From a virus (taxonomy: Duplodnaviria > Caudoviricetes), in IMG/VR virus record IMGVR_UViG_3300013119_000328, positions 1 to 55,098 of that record: DNA of 55,098 nucleotides. One strand, given 5' to 3'. The notes below the pieces were generated by a model, which was not told the DNA's origin, made no database searches, and was given only the letters and a program-made list of their open reading frames with translations. This document shows, piece after piece, positions 45,084 through 54,445 of the stretch (position 1 is the first letter of the stretch; each line of letters begins with the position of its first letter). Position numbers and translations under genes: made by a program.

Positions 45084-45900
45084 CGGCTTGGTACTCGCTT
45101 GCTAGTTTCTGAAGTTTCATTATCTTCTTGAGGTCTGACTCGTCCAACTCTCTCGTTGCGTACTCATTGATCAAGGCAAGGACATTATTGGTCGCTTGGG
45201 TCATCTCCTCATCCTCTTTCACTTCCGTCATCACAAGTGACTTCTCAACTGCGGACTTGATGCGACTCAACTCCTCGTTGAGGAATACCTTGAGAGCGGT
45301 GCCTCCGTCGGCATCTGCGGTGATGTAGTGAGATAAGAACTCTCTCTGCTCGTCCAGTAGTGATCCGTAGCGACTATTGAAGTTGTTCGCAAATGTCTTG
45401 ACAGTGAAGTCATCAACAGACTCCGCTGTCTCCTGTTTGGCTAGTTCGGTCGAGGTGAGGTCTTCGATTATCACCTGTTCCATCAAAACACGGCTCTTGA
45501 TGGAAGACTGCTGGTTCAACACAGATGCTATTGTTGCTAGGCTCCGATAGTTGGGGACATTGTTCGAGAAAACATAGCTCCCAAAACCCTTGTTGATTTT
45601 GTTGATAAGGTTACTCTGCTCTGCGAATAGGGTGTCCTTATCTATTTCGCCATGAACTCGACGCACCTCAACGATTAGGCGCTGGGCTGTCTCCCTGTCT
45701 AGGGTGCTTGATTCTGCTAGCGTAGAGTAGCATTCTAACTCCCGAGCAAGAGTAGTACCAGAGGCAAAGGACTCTTTGATGAGAGATGCCAGTGCTGCCT
45801 TGCGTTTTGACTTACCTTCTATTGCCGCACGAGTTAACTCACGGATGAGCGCCTCATAGACGAAGGCTGTGTTGCGCTTTTTATTGTGTTTCATCTTCAT
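45073..45900 (-). CDS. Conserved-looking head-module protein
   Basis: MKHNKKRNTAFVYEAL; directly downstream of the portal. Confidence 0.7.
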   Translation of the reverse strand: MKMKHNKKRNTAFVYEALIRELTRAAIEGKSKRKAALASLIKESFASGTTLARELECYSTLAESSTLDRETAQRLIVEVRRVHGEIDKDTLFAEQSNLINKINKGFGSYVFSNNVPNYRSLATIASVLNQQSSIKSRVLMEQVIIEDLTSTELAKQETAESVDDFTVKTFANNFNSRYGSLLDEQREFLSHYITADADGGTALKVFLNEELSRIKSAVEKSLVMTEVKEDEEMTQATNNVLALINEYATRELDESDLKKIMKLQKLASEYQADAN

Positions 45901-47804
45901 TATTTGCTCCCCATTTGCTCGATCAATTTAGTGATGTCTCGCTTCGTTTCAAAAAGAAGCGCCTCATCCTTATTTAGTCGCTCGGATACGCCAGCGCCCA
46001 AACGAGACAAATCAGCCGCTCCTTTGAAGATGTTCCTCTTGGTACTTGATCCCATCTGCTGACCTGTTTGGGCTGCGTAACTTCGGCGTCTAGGACCCAT
46101 CCCGCTACGCTTGTCGTCTTTTGTTGGGTGGTATACTTTTCCTTTTGAGCCGGGTGTTAGATATCCTCCGTCATCTCTTTTGCCGGGCTCGGAGAGGAGA
46201 GGTCCGTCGTCTTCTACCTCTTCGTCGCCTCCGAGGGCATCACCGCCGAGGTCGTCGCCTCCGAAATCGGCGACGCCGCCAAAGTCATCTCCGCCGCCGA
46301 GGTCGCCCTCTTCGCCTTCGGTTGGCTCGTTGGCGTATTCTGCGACCGCTAATTCTGCTGACTTCTCGATGACTGCGTCGATCTTGGCGTCGCCATATCT
46401 CTCTTCGACTACCTTGGCGATCTCTTGCTCGTCTAGTTTGAAAATGTTCTCGTAAATCCAATGCTTCGAGAAGTAACCGTCGGTGGCGGCACCAGCGATG
46501 TCAAAGCGAGTGCGGAGATGCTCCAATTCCTGCAATTCGGCTATCTTGCTCGGGTTGTTGAGGGTCAGCTTGAAACTCAACAGGTCTGCGTCTCTGAATC
46601 CCAAAGTGTAGAGGTGGACGACGGTCATCTTCTCCAACTCGGCGATGACAACACGCTGGAGGCGCTGGATCGTTCTTGCGAAGCGAATGTCCTTCTGGGC
46701 TAAAGTTGTCTTGTCCTCTATTGTGTCTGATTGGGCTAAATATGCCTTCGGCACCTTGAGCGCCGAAAAGAGCTTGTCTCGGAGATACTCGACATCCTCG
46801 ATGGCGTTCGTGAGTTGTCCGGCGGCGAGAGTCTCAATCTTGGAAGATTGCCCTGCACGAGTGGGGATGTAATAGTCCTCGTCGATACTGAATGAGTTGT
46901 AGCGGAGATCTACTCGTCCCGAATCTGGATCGACAATCTGGTTGCGCTTCATCTGCGTCTTGACTTGCTCGATGTATTGCTCGACGTCGTTTGGTGGGAT
47001 GTTACCTACGTCGATGTAGAAAACTCGGCGCTCGGGGGCTCTTACCACTCGGTATGCCATCATGGCGTCTTCTACAAGAGTTAGTTGTCTCCAAATTCTT
47101 CTTGCCGGCTCCAAGACCGATGTCCCGTAGGGGACGTACTTATCATTGCCAAGGAGGCGGAAGTGGGCTAGTTGCCAGTTCTCGAAGGTGACGCCGTTTG
47201 AGTCTGCGCCGTTCCAGAAGTACTGGACATAGTTGGGATTGGTGGGGTCTTTGCCCTCAACTCGCTCAATCTCACGAGTAGGAAGAGGAATGACATTAGT
47301 GATGCCATGCTCGTCATCGATATCAAGATAAAGGAAGTAATCCCCGAACTTGCACATAGAGCGAGCCCAGCCAAATAGGTTTGCCTCGATATTCAAGACG
47401 TTGAATAACAAGGTGTTGATCACTTGCTTGATTTCTTGATTCTGGCAATCCACCTTGATCATTGGGCTCAATTCCGAGGAGGTTGTGATCTCATCGGCGT
47501 AAATGTCAAGCGCAGAAGCGATCTCGGGCGAATATTCCATCTGATCAAAATCAGAATAACGCTCGCCTCGCTCCATAAGGGCAAACTGGTGATTCTGGAT
47601 CTGCATGAAGGGGTTGTAGTGCTCCTTCTTCTTGAATTCACGACCCGTGTTTGACCTGAATGTATATTTGTCAACTGTTGATGCTCGTGGGGTCTTGATA
47701 GCCGATCGTCTGCGATCAGTTATCGGCCCACTGAACATTCTAGTGAGTCTCCTAAATAACGAAGAGTCACTGTTCCTTGGATTATTGCCGTCGTATGAAG
47801 CCAT
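45900..47804 (-). CDS. Portal protein (gp20-like)
   Basis: ALDIYADE, YRVVRAPERRVFYIDVGNIP, EDYYIP, ALKVPKAYL. Confidence 0.95.
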   Translation of the reverse strand: MASYDGNNPRNSDSSLFRRLTRMFSGPITDRRRSAIKTPRASTVDKYTFRSNTGREFKKKEHYNPFMQIQNHQFALMERGERYSDFDQMEYSPEIASALDIYADEITTSSELSPMIKVDCQNQEIKQVINTLLFNVLNIEANLFGWARSMCKFGDYFLYLDIDDEHGITNVIPLPTREIERVEGKDPTNPNYVQYFWNGADSNGVTFENWQLAHFRLLGNDKYVPYGTSVLEPARRIWRQLTLVEDAMMAYRVVRAPERRVFYIDVGNIPPNDVEQYIEQVKTQMKRNQIVDPDSGRVDLRYNSFSIDEDYYIPTRAGQSSKIETLAAGQLTNAIEDVEYLRDKLFSALKVPKAYLAQSDTIEDKTTLAQKDIRFARTIQRLQRVVIAELEKMTVVHLYTLGFRDADLLSFKLTLNNPSKIAELQELEHLRTRFDIAGAATDGYFSKHWIYENIFKLDEQEIAKVVEERYGDAKIDAVIEKSAELAVAEYANEPTEGEEGDLGGGDDFGGVADFGGDDLGGDALGGDEEVEDDGPLLSEPGKRDDGGYLTPGSKGKVYHPTKDDKRSGMGPRRRSYAAQTGQQMGSSTKRNIFKGAADLSRLGAGVSERLNKDEALLFETKRDITKLIEQMGSK

Positions 47805-47810
47805 CTTTTT

Positions 47811-49406
47811 CTATCCCTTGTAGATCCACGAAATGTCGTGGATTCTTCCGTCTGTCCCAATCATCGTTGTTTGGGGTTTGTTTATCCTCTCGTAACCAGT
47901 CATTCCAGCGATCTTTGTGTTCATTCCTCTTGAACTGACTGATATTCCACCTATCATTGCTTTTTTATAGTTTAGTTCTCTTTGGTTTGCCGTAAAAGCA
48001 GTGTCCCTTACCCAGCATCCTATTGCGAGGGCGATGACGAGGTCGTCGTTGTATGATCTCATCGCTTGGGGTCTGCCGTTTTGCCAAATAAAAGTCTTGA
48101 GTTCTTCTGCCGTCCTTTGTGAATTTACTTTAAGTAGTTTGTTTCTGACGAACTCTTCCATTTTGGCGATCACAAGAGGGCGTGTTTTTTGAGACATCGT
48201 GAAACCAGCAACTCCTCCCATCGCCGTAGCGGTTACTTGATCCACATATTCATGGGTACTCTTGATCGAGTAGTAAATGTTATTATACTCTAATTCTTCT
48301 ATTCTGGAAAGGACCCCATAGTCTTTATTATTTTCGACGACCAAAAGGGCGTTGTTATACTCGCTCGCCATCCCAACCAGAATAGGAGCAAACATGTCGG
48401 CGGTGAGTTTCCCCTGATATTCGGCGACCTGCTCCATGGAGGCGACCTTCAAAATATGGACTACGCTATAATCAGAGCCATCCCCTCTTGAAACATCTGC
48501 GACTGCGAGATAATCAGTGCCATCTTGGGGGGGCTCCCAGATCCAATAGTTTCTATCAAACCCGACACGATGGAGGGGCTCAGAAGCGACACTCAACACC
48601 CTCTGTAGGTCACCTCCGTCGATAACTGTGTCGCCAGAGGCATTGAAACTACACTCCAGCTCCTGCGCAACATCTCGGCGAGACATATTCGCTGTCTCCT
48701 CTTCAAACCAAGCATCATCTCGGTCTGGGTGGAGATCCCACATCAATTTCATCGGGTGAAAGTTGTTTTTGCCCTCAACTGCTTCTGTGTAAGTTTTGTG
48801 GAACCAGTTTCCTACGCCATTAGGAGAAGACAAGGCGATACAACTACCACCCGTTGATAGGGTGGAGTAGATACTCGTCCAAATATCGGTCATTTCGGAA
48901 ATGTGGGCAGCCTCGTCGATCACCAATAAAGACAGCGCCTCTGAACGTCCTGCGTCGCCAGAAGTAGATGATGCTTTCACTTGTGAGCCGTTCGACAACT
49001 CAAACGAACCTCGGTTATCAATCGTAATCGTAGCGATTCTCAACCAATTCGGCAAATGCTTGTAAATCGACTTGGCTTTCTTGACGAGATTGGTCGCCAC
49101 AGCCATCTTGGTCGCTATTACAAGGACATTCTTCTCTCTGTGGAACAACATCAACCAACAAATGTATGCCGCCGAGGTAGTTGAGATGCCCAACTGGCGG
49201 GCTTTGAGGATCACCGTGAAGCGGTTCTCCTTTACATCATTGAGAACATCTTCCTGAAACGGGAACAACTCAAACGGGATCAAGCCTCGCTTGGGTTCCG
49301 AAATCTTCGCATAGTTCTTTGTGAAATAGACGGGATCTCGACCACATCGGACCACCTCCTTCATTATCTCCTTTTTGGAGAGTTTCAGGGGCGCTTTTCT
49401 AACCAT
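47811..49406 (-). CDS. Terminase large subunit (gp17-like)
   Basis: LKARQLGIST, VIDEAAH, SSPNG, ADVSRGDGSDYS, NDDLVIA. Confidence 0.96.
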   Translation of the reverse strand: MVRKAPLKLSKKEIMKEVVRCGRDPVYFTKNYAKISEPKRGLIPFELFPFQEDVLNDVKENRFTVILKARQLGISTTSAAYICWLMLFHREKNVLVIATKMAVATNLVKKAKSIYKHLPNWLRIATITIDNRGSFELSNGSQVKASSTSGDAGRSEALSLLVIDEAAHISEMTDIWTSIYSTLSTGGSCIALSSPNGVGNWFHKTYTEAVEGKNNFHPMKLMWDLHPDRDDAWFEEETANMSRRDVAQELECSFNASGDTVIDGGDLQRVLSVASEPLHRVGFDRNYWIWEPPQDGTDYLAVADVSRGDGSDYSVVHILKVASMEQVAEYQGKLTADMFAPILVGMASEYNNALLVVENNKDYGVLSRIEELEYNNIYYSIKSTHEYVDQVTATAMGGVAGFTMSQKTRPLVIAKMEEFVRNKLLKVNSQRTAEELKTFIWQNGRPQAMRSYNDDLVIALAIGCWVRDTAFTANQRELNYKKAMIGGISVSSRGMNTKIAGMTGYERINKPQTTMIGTDGRIHDISWIYKG

Positions 49407-49961
49407 TTAGCCCTCTGGTGTTTCTGGGTTCTTTGGTGCCTTGTCGTTGTCGGCTTTCTTGTCCGTGCTGAGTTCTAGGAACTTCTTGAAGCTCTTCTCT
49501 GGACCCTCTTCGGATGGTTGTCTAATTGACTCTACTTCTTTTTCTTGCCCGCCGATGGTGTATGCTTTTCGAGCTTCGACCCAAGAGCGGATGCGAGAGG
49601 TTGAGTTTAGAGCAACAGAGGTTTCGCCAGCAGGAGTGAGGGATACTGACTCCTTGCGGATGACCTTGTATTCCTTTTTGAGGTACTTGAGGATGTCGGC
49701 GAACTTGCTCTCGATCTCTTCGTCGAAGCGATGGCGTGGGTGGACCTCCTTGAGGAGGACCTCCGACTGGTAGGTCACGATCATCTGGTTGGCGGCGAAA
49801 CGGACCCTGAAGCCGTCAAGCATCGCTCGCTCATACATGCCACGACCCTCTTCTCTGCGAAGACCGATCTTGAGGGGCTCACCCTTGTCGTCAAGAGCGC
49901 CGTCAAATGCGTTTGCTGCCGCTTGGGCTAGTCCTGAAATTACTTCTGCTATGTTAGACAT
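49407..49961 (-). CDS. Hypothetical protein
   Basis: Abuts neighbouring genes. Confidence 0.7.
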   Translation of the reverse strand: MSNIAEVISGLAQAAANAFDGALDDKGEPLKIGLRREEGRGMYERAMLDGFRVRFAANQMIVTYQSEVLLKEVHPRHRFDEEIESKFADILKYLKKEYKVIRKESVSLTPAGETSVALNSTSRIRSWVEARKAYTIGGQEKEVESIRQPSEEGPEKSFKKFLELSTDKKADNDKAPKNPETPEG

Positions 49962-50372
49962 TTAAATCTTTCTCCGTTTTAATGCTGTCTCGATCCGACC
50001 TTCGTCGGGTCGCCAGCCGTTAGTCCATCTCTCTTCCCTGCCGTCCACGAACTCAACATGGCACTCGTAGCAACAGGCAAACCTATTCATAAATAGGTCG
50101 TCCCTTCCCGAAAAAGAATAAGTTTCACAAACAGGGCACACTCGGGCGGTTTTACGCCCCAAAGCACGCTCGGTGATCATGACGCCCTCGACCTCCACCT
50201 TCTTCATTTCTCCGTCGTTATCTCGTCGGGTTTGGCGCTTCAGTTGAGCCAAATATTCCTTTTCTCGCTCGGGGCTCCACTCCGCACGGAAGTCCTTGAC
50301 GGACTGCTCTCCGTACTCCTCGGCGAACAACTTCTCAAGGTGGGCTATCTGGTCTAAATCTACTTTTGTCAT
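49962..50372 (-). CDS. Hypothetical protein with zinc-binding motif
   Basis: CPVC...CCYECH. Confidence 0.7.
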   Translation of the reverse strand: MTKVDLDQIAHLEKLFAEEYGEQSVKDFRAEWSPEREKEYLAQLKRQTRRDNDGEMKKVEVEGVMITERALGRKTARVCPVCETYSFSGRDDLFMNRFACCYECHVEFVDGREERWTNGWRPDEGRIETALKRRKI

Positions 50373-50373
50373 A

Positions 50374-50760
50374 TTATTGTCCTTGATAAACTGCTTTGGT
50401 TGTGGCGATCACCGCTGCGCCGCCGAGGACGATCCCCGTGACAAAGGCGATTGAGCCACGATTTCGCTCGAACCAGCCACTTCGCTTGCTGATAATGGAT
50501 TTCAGCTCCTTGTTGGCTTCTCTCGTGGAGGCAAGGATACTCATGCAGACCTGTTGATCAACCTCACACTCCTGAAATTTGGCTCTGTCGTCGATCTTGG
50601 CTTTCAGGAGTTTCCGATAGGACTGCTCGCTGACTAGAATGCCTATGTATTTTGAGTTCCCAACCAATACTGATGCTGGTCTGTCGTCGAAATAGGTTAC
50701 TTCGCCTGCTTGGGTTGTTGTCCCTGTTGATAAAATTAGGGCTATTGCTAAAACTTTCAA
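50374..50760 (-). CDS. Putative spanin-like protein
   Basis: Signal peptide, coiled coil and C-terminal TM segment; overlaps the upstream TM gene. Confidence 0.45.
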   Translation of the reverse strand: MKVLAIALILSTGTTTQAGEVTYFDDRPASVLVGNSKYIGILVSEQSYRKLLKAKIDDRAKFQECEVDQQVCMSILASTREANKELKSIISKRSGWFERNRGSIAFVTGIVLGGAAVIATTKAVYQGQ

Positions 50761-51071
50761 TCAAGTTCCTTTCTGATACGAATGAGGGCTTCTAATCTCT
50801 CTGTTCGGTCGTCTATCTCTTTGGTCGTTTCTAGTTGTTTGATGTAGACATCTTTTACTGCCTTTATCTTCTCTTTTTGTAGCCGGCTGATGGTCTCGGC
50901 TTCTTTGGTCTTGATTGTGAGGTCGGTGAAGATCTCTTTTATGCGTTTTGTCTCATTTGGAGCGGGCTTTACGAGGCGATAGAGGTAATAGAGGGCAAGG
51001 AATAGGGTAAAGGTGGCGAGGGCGACTTTTAGTCCGTATTCGTTGAGTTTCTGTTTGATTCGGTTTAGCAC
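50757..51071 (-). CDS. Putative inner-membrane spanin-like protein
   Basis: N-terminal TM followed by a charged coiled coil. Confidence 0.5.
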   Translation of the reverse strand: MLNRIKQKLNEYGLKVALATFTLFLALYYLYRLVKPAPNETKRIKEIFTDLTIKTKEAETISRLQKEKIKAVKDVYIKQLETTKEIDDRTERLEALIRIRKELD

Positions 51072-51254
51072 TTACTTACCATGCTTCCATTTGGTAGCAA
51101 TGTCGGCGAATCCCTGAATCCCAACATAGGCGAGTGAGATTGCTACCCACTGGTCGCCGTTGATCTGGTTTAGGTAGAGCATCAAGGTGCTTGTGGACCA
51201 CACCATCAGTTTGCGTGAAGACCACTTTCCTAATACTTTGTCTATTTTAGGCAT
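51072..51254 (-). CDS. Putative holin (60 aa)
   Basis: SRKLMVW...QWVAISLAYVGIQG: two hydrophobic segments and a basic tail. Confidence 0.55.
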   Translation of the reverse strand: MPKIDKVLGKWSSRKLMVWSTSTLMLYLNQINGDQWVAISLAYVGIQGFADIATKWKHGK

Positions 51255-52071
51255 CTCTTTCTCCTTGTGCTGTTGGGTCGTTCCAGTCGATCTCACCCTG
51301 CGAAAGAGCAGAGACAGCGCTGGGAACGTTTGGTTCGTCGATCACGGGCATATCTGGGCGGGCTGGTGCCCACGGGGGAACAGAGAGAGTTAGGGCGGAA
51401 AGGTTGCTGACGATCTTGTCGCCAGCAGACTTGATCGCTTCGTCGCCTTGTTGTCCCGTCCACTCTTCCAAAGCAGATAGAACAACGGCTGACTCTACGG
51501 GGAATTTCCCGTCAATACCTTCCTTGGCGAACTTGGTGAGAGTCTCTCTTACAGATGCTTCCTCAAATTGCTCGAAGCCCCCGCTGGCGGGCTTGCCTTC
51601 GAGTTCGCCGAAGCGCCCGACCGTCATAGCGTTGAGCACCTTCACTAAATCTGCGCCAGGCATATCAACCAAGAAGCCTCCGACAGGCTTAGTGGGATCA
51701 ACCATCGCCGTCGAGATCCATCTGTGATGTCCGTCCATAATGAACTTGTCACTACTGATGAATGCACCAAGGTCGCCACCGAGGGACATCTTTCCTCGGA
51801 TCATAGAGATGACAAAGCCCATGGCTTTCTGAATATTCATAGAGGTCTGCGAGGGCCTGAGTTCAGACACTGGGAATAAAGCCTGCGACTTGACGGCGAC
51901 CTTGTCGTCGCTCTCGTTCCCATCTTCCAATCCCGCCGTTGTGACCTTCTTCGCTTGATCGGCGTCAGTAACCCACTTGGATAACTCCTTTGGGAATTTG
52001 TCGAGATTCCGCTCCTTGAGGATCTTGATGGTTTGCTCGACGATTTGCTTCTTGGTCTTGGTGCTCAGCAT
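51247..52071 (-). CDS. ParB/Srx-like domain protein
   Basis: VSELRPSQT...FISSDKFIMDGHHRW; CTATTTA motif upstream. Confidence 0.75.
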   Translation of the reverse strand: MLSTKTKKQIVEQTIKILKERNLDKFPKELSKWVTDADQAKKVTTAGLEDGNESDDKVAVKSQALFPVSELRPSQTSMNIQKAMGFVISMIRGKMSLGGDLGAFISSDKFIMDGHHRWISTAMVDPTKPVGGFLVDMPGADLVKVLNAMTVGRFGELEGKPASGGFEQFEEASVRETLTKFAKEGIDGKFPVESAVVLSALEEWTGQQGDEAIKSAGDKIVSNLSALTLSVPPWAPARPDMPVIDEPNVPSAVSALSQGEIDWNDPTAQGERDA

Positions 52072-52133
52072 TAATCTGGGTCCTTGGGTTTGAGTGGTTA
52101 GGTTCACATAATAAATAGTGACTCTACTCCCTT

Positions 52134-52313
52134 TTACTCCTCCACGTCCCAACCCCTCTTGTCGCAGTTGCTGTTTCCTCGCTTGAAGAGGAGTTTTAGG
52201 TCTTCAATGATGACATAACACATCTCGGCGTACTCTGGCTTTCCGTCCCTGACACTCTTCTCAGCCATCTTTTCATATTCTTTGATGATCATGTTGAAGT
52301 CCTTGTATTTCAT
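52134..52313 (-). CDS. Hypothetical protein (59 aa)
   Basis: Not in track; MKYKDFNMIIKEYEK... fills the gap. Confidence 0.6.
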   Translation of the reverse strand: MKYKDFNMIIKEYEKMAEKSVRDGKPEYAEMCYVIIEDLKLLFKRGNSNCDKRGWDVEE

Positions 52314-52320
52314 TTTGTTG

Positions 52321-52542
52321 TTAGTTTTCTTTTGGTGCCGAGAAAGTTTCGGTGGAGGATACGACGATTAGGTCGGCTTCATGGACATCGTAGTGGCTGG
52401 CAGCCATCTCATCGATGAGGCTGATGTGTTCCTGGACGAGGATTTGCCAGTAGTTGTCCTCTAACTGCTTCACGACGAGACCAGGGGAGCCGTAGCCGTC
52501 GGGACTGAGGAAGGCGAGTTTGACGAGGTCACCGATCTGCAT
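52321..52542 (-). CDS. Small SH3/KOW-like hypothetical protein
   Basis: MQIGDLVKL...GLVVK. Confidence 0.65.
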   Translation of the reverse strand: MQIGDLVKLAFLSPDGYGSPGLVVKQLEDNYWQILVQEHISLIDEMAASHYDVHEADLIVVSSTETFSAPKEN

Positions 52543-52720
52543 CTTCCACCTCGCCGTCAATTGAGATTAGGAGGTCGCCCAAAATGAAACCCATCACACA
52601 CTCGTTTTGATTGAGGTGGTTGGCGAGGGTGTCGTGGTCGTTGGACACAAGATAGGCGATGATGATCTCTTTGAGTTCTTCGGTACTAATACGGATGTTT
52701 TTGAGACTTGTGGCTCTCAT
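52529..52720 (-). CDS. Hypothetical protein
   Basis: MRATSLKNIRISTEELKEII; abuts neighbours. Confidence 0.6.
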   Translation of the reverse strand: MRATSLKNIRISTEELKEIIIAYLVSNDHDTLANHLNQNECVMGFILGDLLISIDGEVEDADR

Positions 52721-52721
52721 C

Positions 52722-53006
52722 TTATCTCTCTTTCTTTGTTGCTGTGATTTTGGTGAGGAGGCGCTGAGAGGTGTTGGTCTCTGATGATTCGTTCCACAGG
52801 ACTTTGGCCTCAGGGATGATGCACGCTCCCCATTTGCCGTCATCATCAACAACATCGACCTCGGCAATGCGAGTTGAGACAACTAACCCTGTTTTGAGGC
52901 CGGATCGCCAACTAAACCACTCTTTGTTCTCGTTGGAGTCGGCGGGGTGTCTCCACTCCACAAGGTCGCCGGGTGATAGGTGGGCGTCGGAGGAGTAATC
53001 ATTCAT
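52722..53006 (-). CDS. Small SH3/KOW-like hypothetical protein
   Basis: LSPGDLVEW...TGLVV...AKVLW. Confidence 0.65.
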   Translation of the reverse strand: MNDYSSDAHLSPGDLVEWRHPADSNENKEWFSWRSGLKTGLVVSTRIAEVDVVDDDGKWGACIIPEAKVLWNESSETNTSQRLLTKITATKKER

Positions 53007-53790
53007 CTTCTTCGCCTTTGTTCTCCGTCCAGACCCACCCTGTGTCCTTGGTATAGTCGATATTCGGACTGACCCACTCAAAGGTGCCCGTCTCGTAAAA
53101 TTTAGTGATGGGTTTGTGGTTTTCCAAGTCGTTGAGCGCCATCTTCAAACTCTCGATGTCGTTTGGGGTGGCTTCGCACCACGAGTGGGCTTCGCCGTCT
53201 TCGTCTATATAGACCTCCGAGAGTTGATAGATGGGTTCGCCGTTGTCCCCCTCATCTACCTTGATTTGTCCGTAGCGCCAAGCGATGAACATTTCGCCGT
53301 CGTCGCCAAAGATGTCCTTTTTTGGTTCACCACACCCACCACACATGGTGATGCCTGATAAATTGCTGGTTTTGACGACTGAAAGGTTTTCTCTATGTTG
53401 TCCGCATCCGTCGCAGATCCCACTGACGTCGTCGGCACTTCTGCCCCAATCGGCAGCCAGCGCCCGGGCGAAGCTGGGGTCAGGTCCGACCACCTGAGGG
53501 AGCAAGAAATCTGGTTCTGAGTTGTCCCGCTCCGTTTCAAGTTCCTGAGTCTCTCGTCCTCCAGAATGGACGACGATCTCTAACCCCGCTTGATGCTTCA
53601 TAAACATCAAGCCAGGGAAGGCTTCGTAGAATAGGTTTGCGAGGCTTTCCGCTTCGTTTGCTCGTGGGTCGGAATGAGTGGCTGGGTCCTCATGAACCGT
53701 AGAGAGCGGGCCTACCACATCGTCATCGTCGTGATTGTATTGGGTCAGAATCCACCCGTTGTCCAAGCGTCTGATACTTACTTCTGACAT
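52999..53790 (-). CDS. Hypothetical acidic protein with central CxxC...CxxC
   Basis: RBS AGGAG; promoter upstream. Confidence 0.7.
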   Translation of the reverse strand: MSEVSIRRLDNGWILTQYNHDDDDVVGPLSTVHEDPATHSDPRANEAESLANLFYEAFPGLMFMKHQAGLEIVVHSGGRETQELETERDNSEPDFLLPQVVGPDPSFARALAADWGRSADDVSGICDGCGQHRENLSVVKTSNLSGITMCGGCGEPKKDIFGDDGEMFIAWRYGQIKVDEGDNGEPIYQLSEVYIDEDGEAHSWCEATPNDIESLKMALNDLENHKPITKFYETGTFEWVSPNIDYTKDTGWVWTENKGEEDE

Positions 53791-53806
53791 TTCTGTCTCC
53801 TATCTT

Positions 53807-54079
53807 CTAACTCACATTACCTTTGAAATGGTTATTTGTCAAGGTTTTTCTTTTGTTGCCGACTCTGTGGGCGTTTGCTGGTCGTGATTTGCCTATGGTT
53901 TCGTGGCAGGGTTGATGATATTGACCGAGCCAGTCGGTGACCTCTTTCTCTGTGTCATCGTAATATTGGAAGTATGTTGGAGTGGTTAGCCCGTCTAACC
54001 CACTTAGCAAATTGATGGAGGCATTTGTTTCTGGTGCGAGGTCGCCCACTCTAAGCTCTTTACGCCACTCGTTGCTCAC
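53807..54079 (-). CDS. Hypothetical protein, possibly degenerate
   Basis: GTGA-coupled start MSNEWRKELRVGDL; its 3' end runs through a promoter. Confidence 0.4.
   Translation of the reverse strand: MSNEWRKELRVGDLAPETNASINLLSGLDGLTTPTYFQYYDDTEKEVTDWLGQYHQPCHETIGKSRPANAHRVGNKRKTLTNNHFKGNVS
53814..53861 (-). promoter_or_regulatory. Sigma70-type promoter with GGCAACAAAA box
   Basis: CGGCAACAAAAGAAAAACC-TTGACA-N17-TAATGT. Confidence 0.65.
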
Positions 54080-54237
54080 TTGCGCTTCCGTTCCGCCAGA
54101 GGCTGGATGCGCTTGAAACTTTCCCAGGTCAATTCTGGGACGACGACAGTAACCGCCTCCCATGCCTCCACACGAGACATAGACGGGTTAGTGTTCTCGA
54201 CGATAATGTTAATGAGTTCCTTGAACTTCGGTTTCAC
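54076..54237 (-). CDS. Hypothetical protein (53 aa)
   Basis: Not in track; AGGAG RBS, GTG start, MKPKFKELINII. Confidence 0.6.
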   Translation of the reverse strand: MKPKFKELINIIVENTNPSMSRVEAWEAVTVVVPELTWESFKRIQPLAERKRK

Positions 54238-54246
54238 GTCTCTCTC

Positions 54247-54402
54247 CTACAGCCAGTTAGAGTTTTCTACAAGATGATCACCAACAACATGCAAGATGGC
54301 TTTGGCATCTTGAGGGTGCTCGCAAATGGCGGCACTCCAAAAGTCAATAGCGATCTTACCTTGGGCATTGAGAATATTTTCAATATGGTCTTGAACCGAC
54401 AT
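54247..54402 (-). CDS. Hypothetical protein
   Basis: TAAGGAG RBS; promoter TTGACA-N16-TATTAT at 54422-54449. Confidence 0.6.
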   Translation of the reverse strand: MSVQDHIENILNAQGKIAIDFWSAAICEHPQDAKAILHVVGDHLVENSNWL

Positions 54403-54445
54403 CGCTCTCTCCTTACATCTTATAATAGCACGGATAGAGTGTATG

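Noticed and set aside
46200-46330. GGDD-type repeats in the portal C-terminus and (GPS)4 in the TMP
   Set aside because: In-frame low-complexity linkers with no sign of a separate element.
47811-49406. Intein in the terminase
   Set aside because: Motifs are contiguous and the length is normal; no intein blocks seen.
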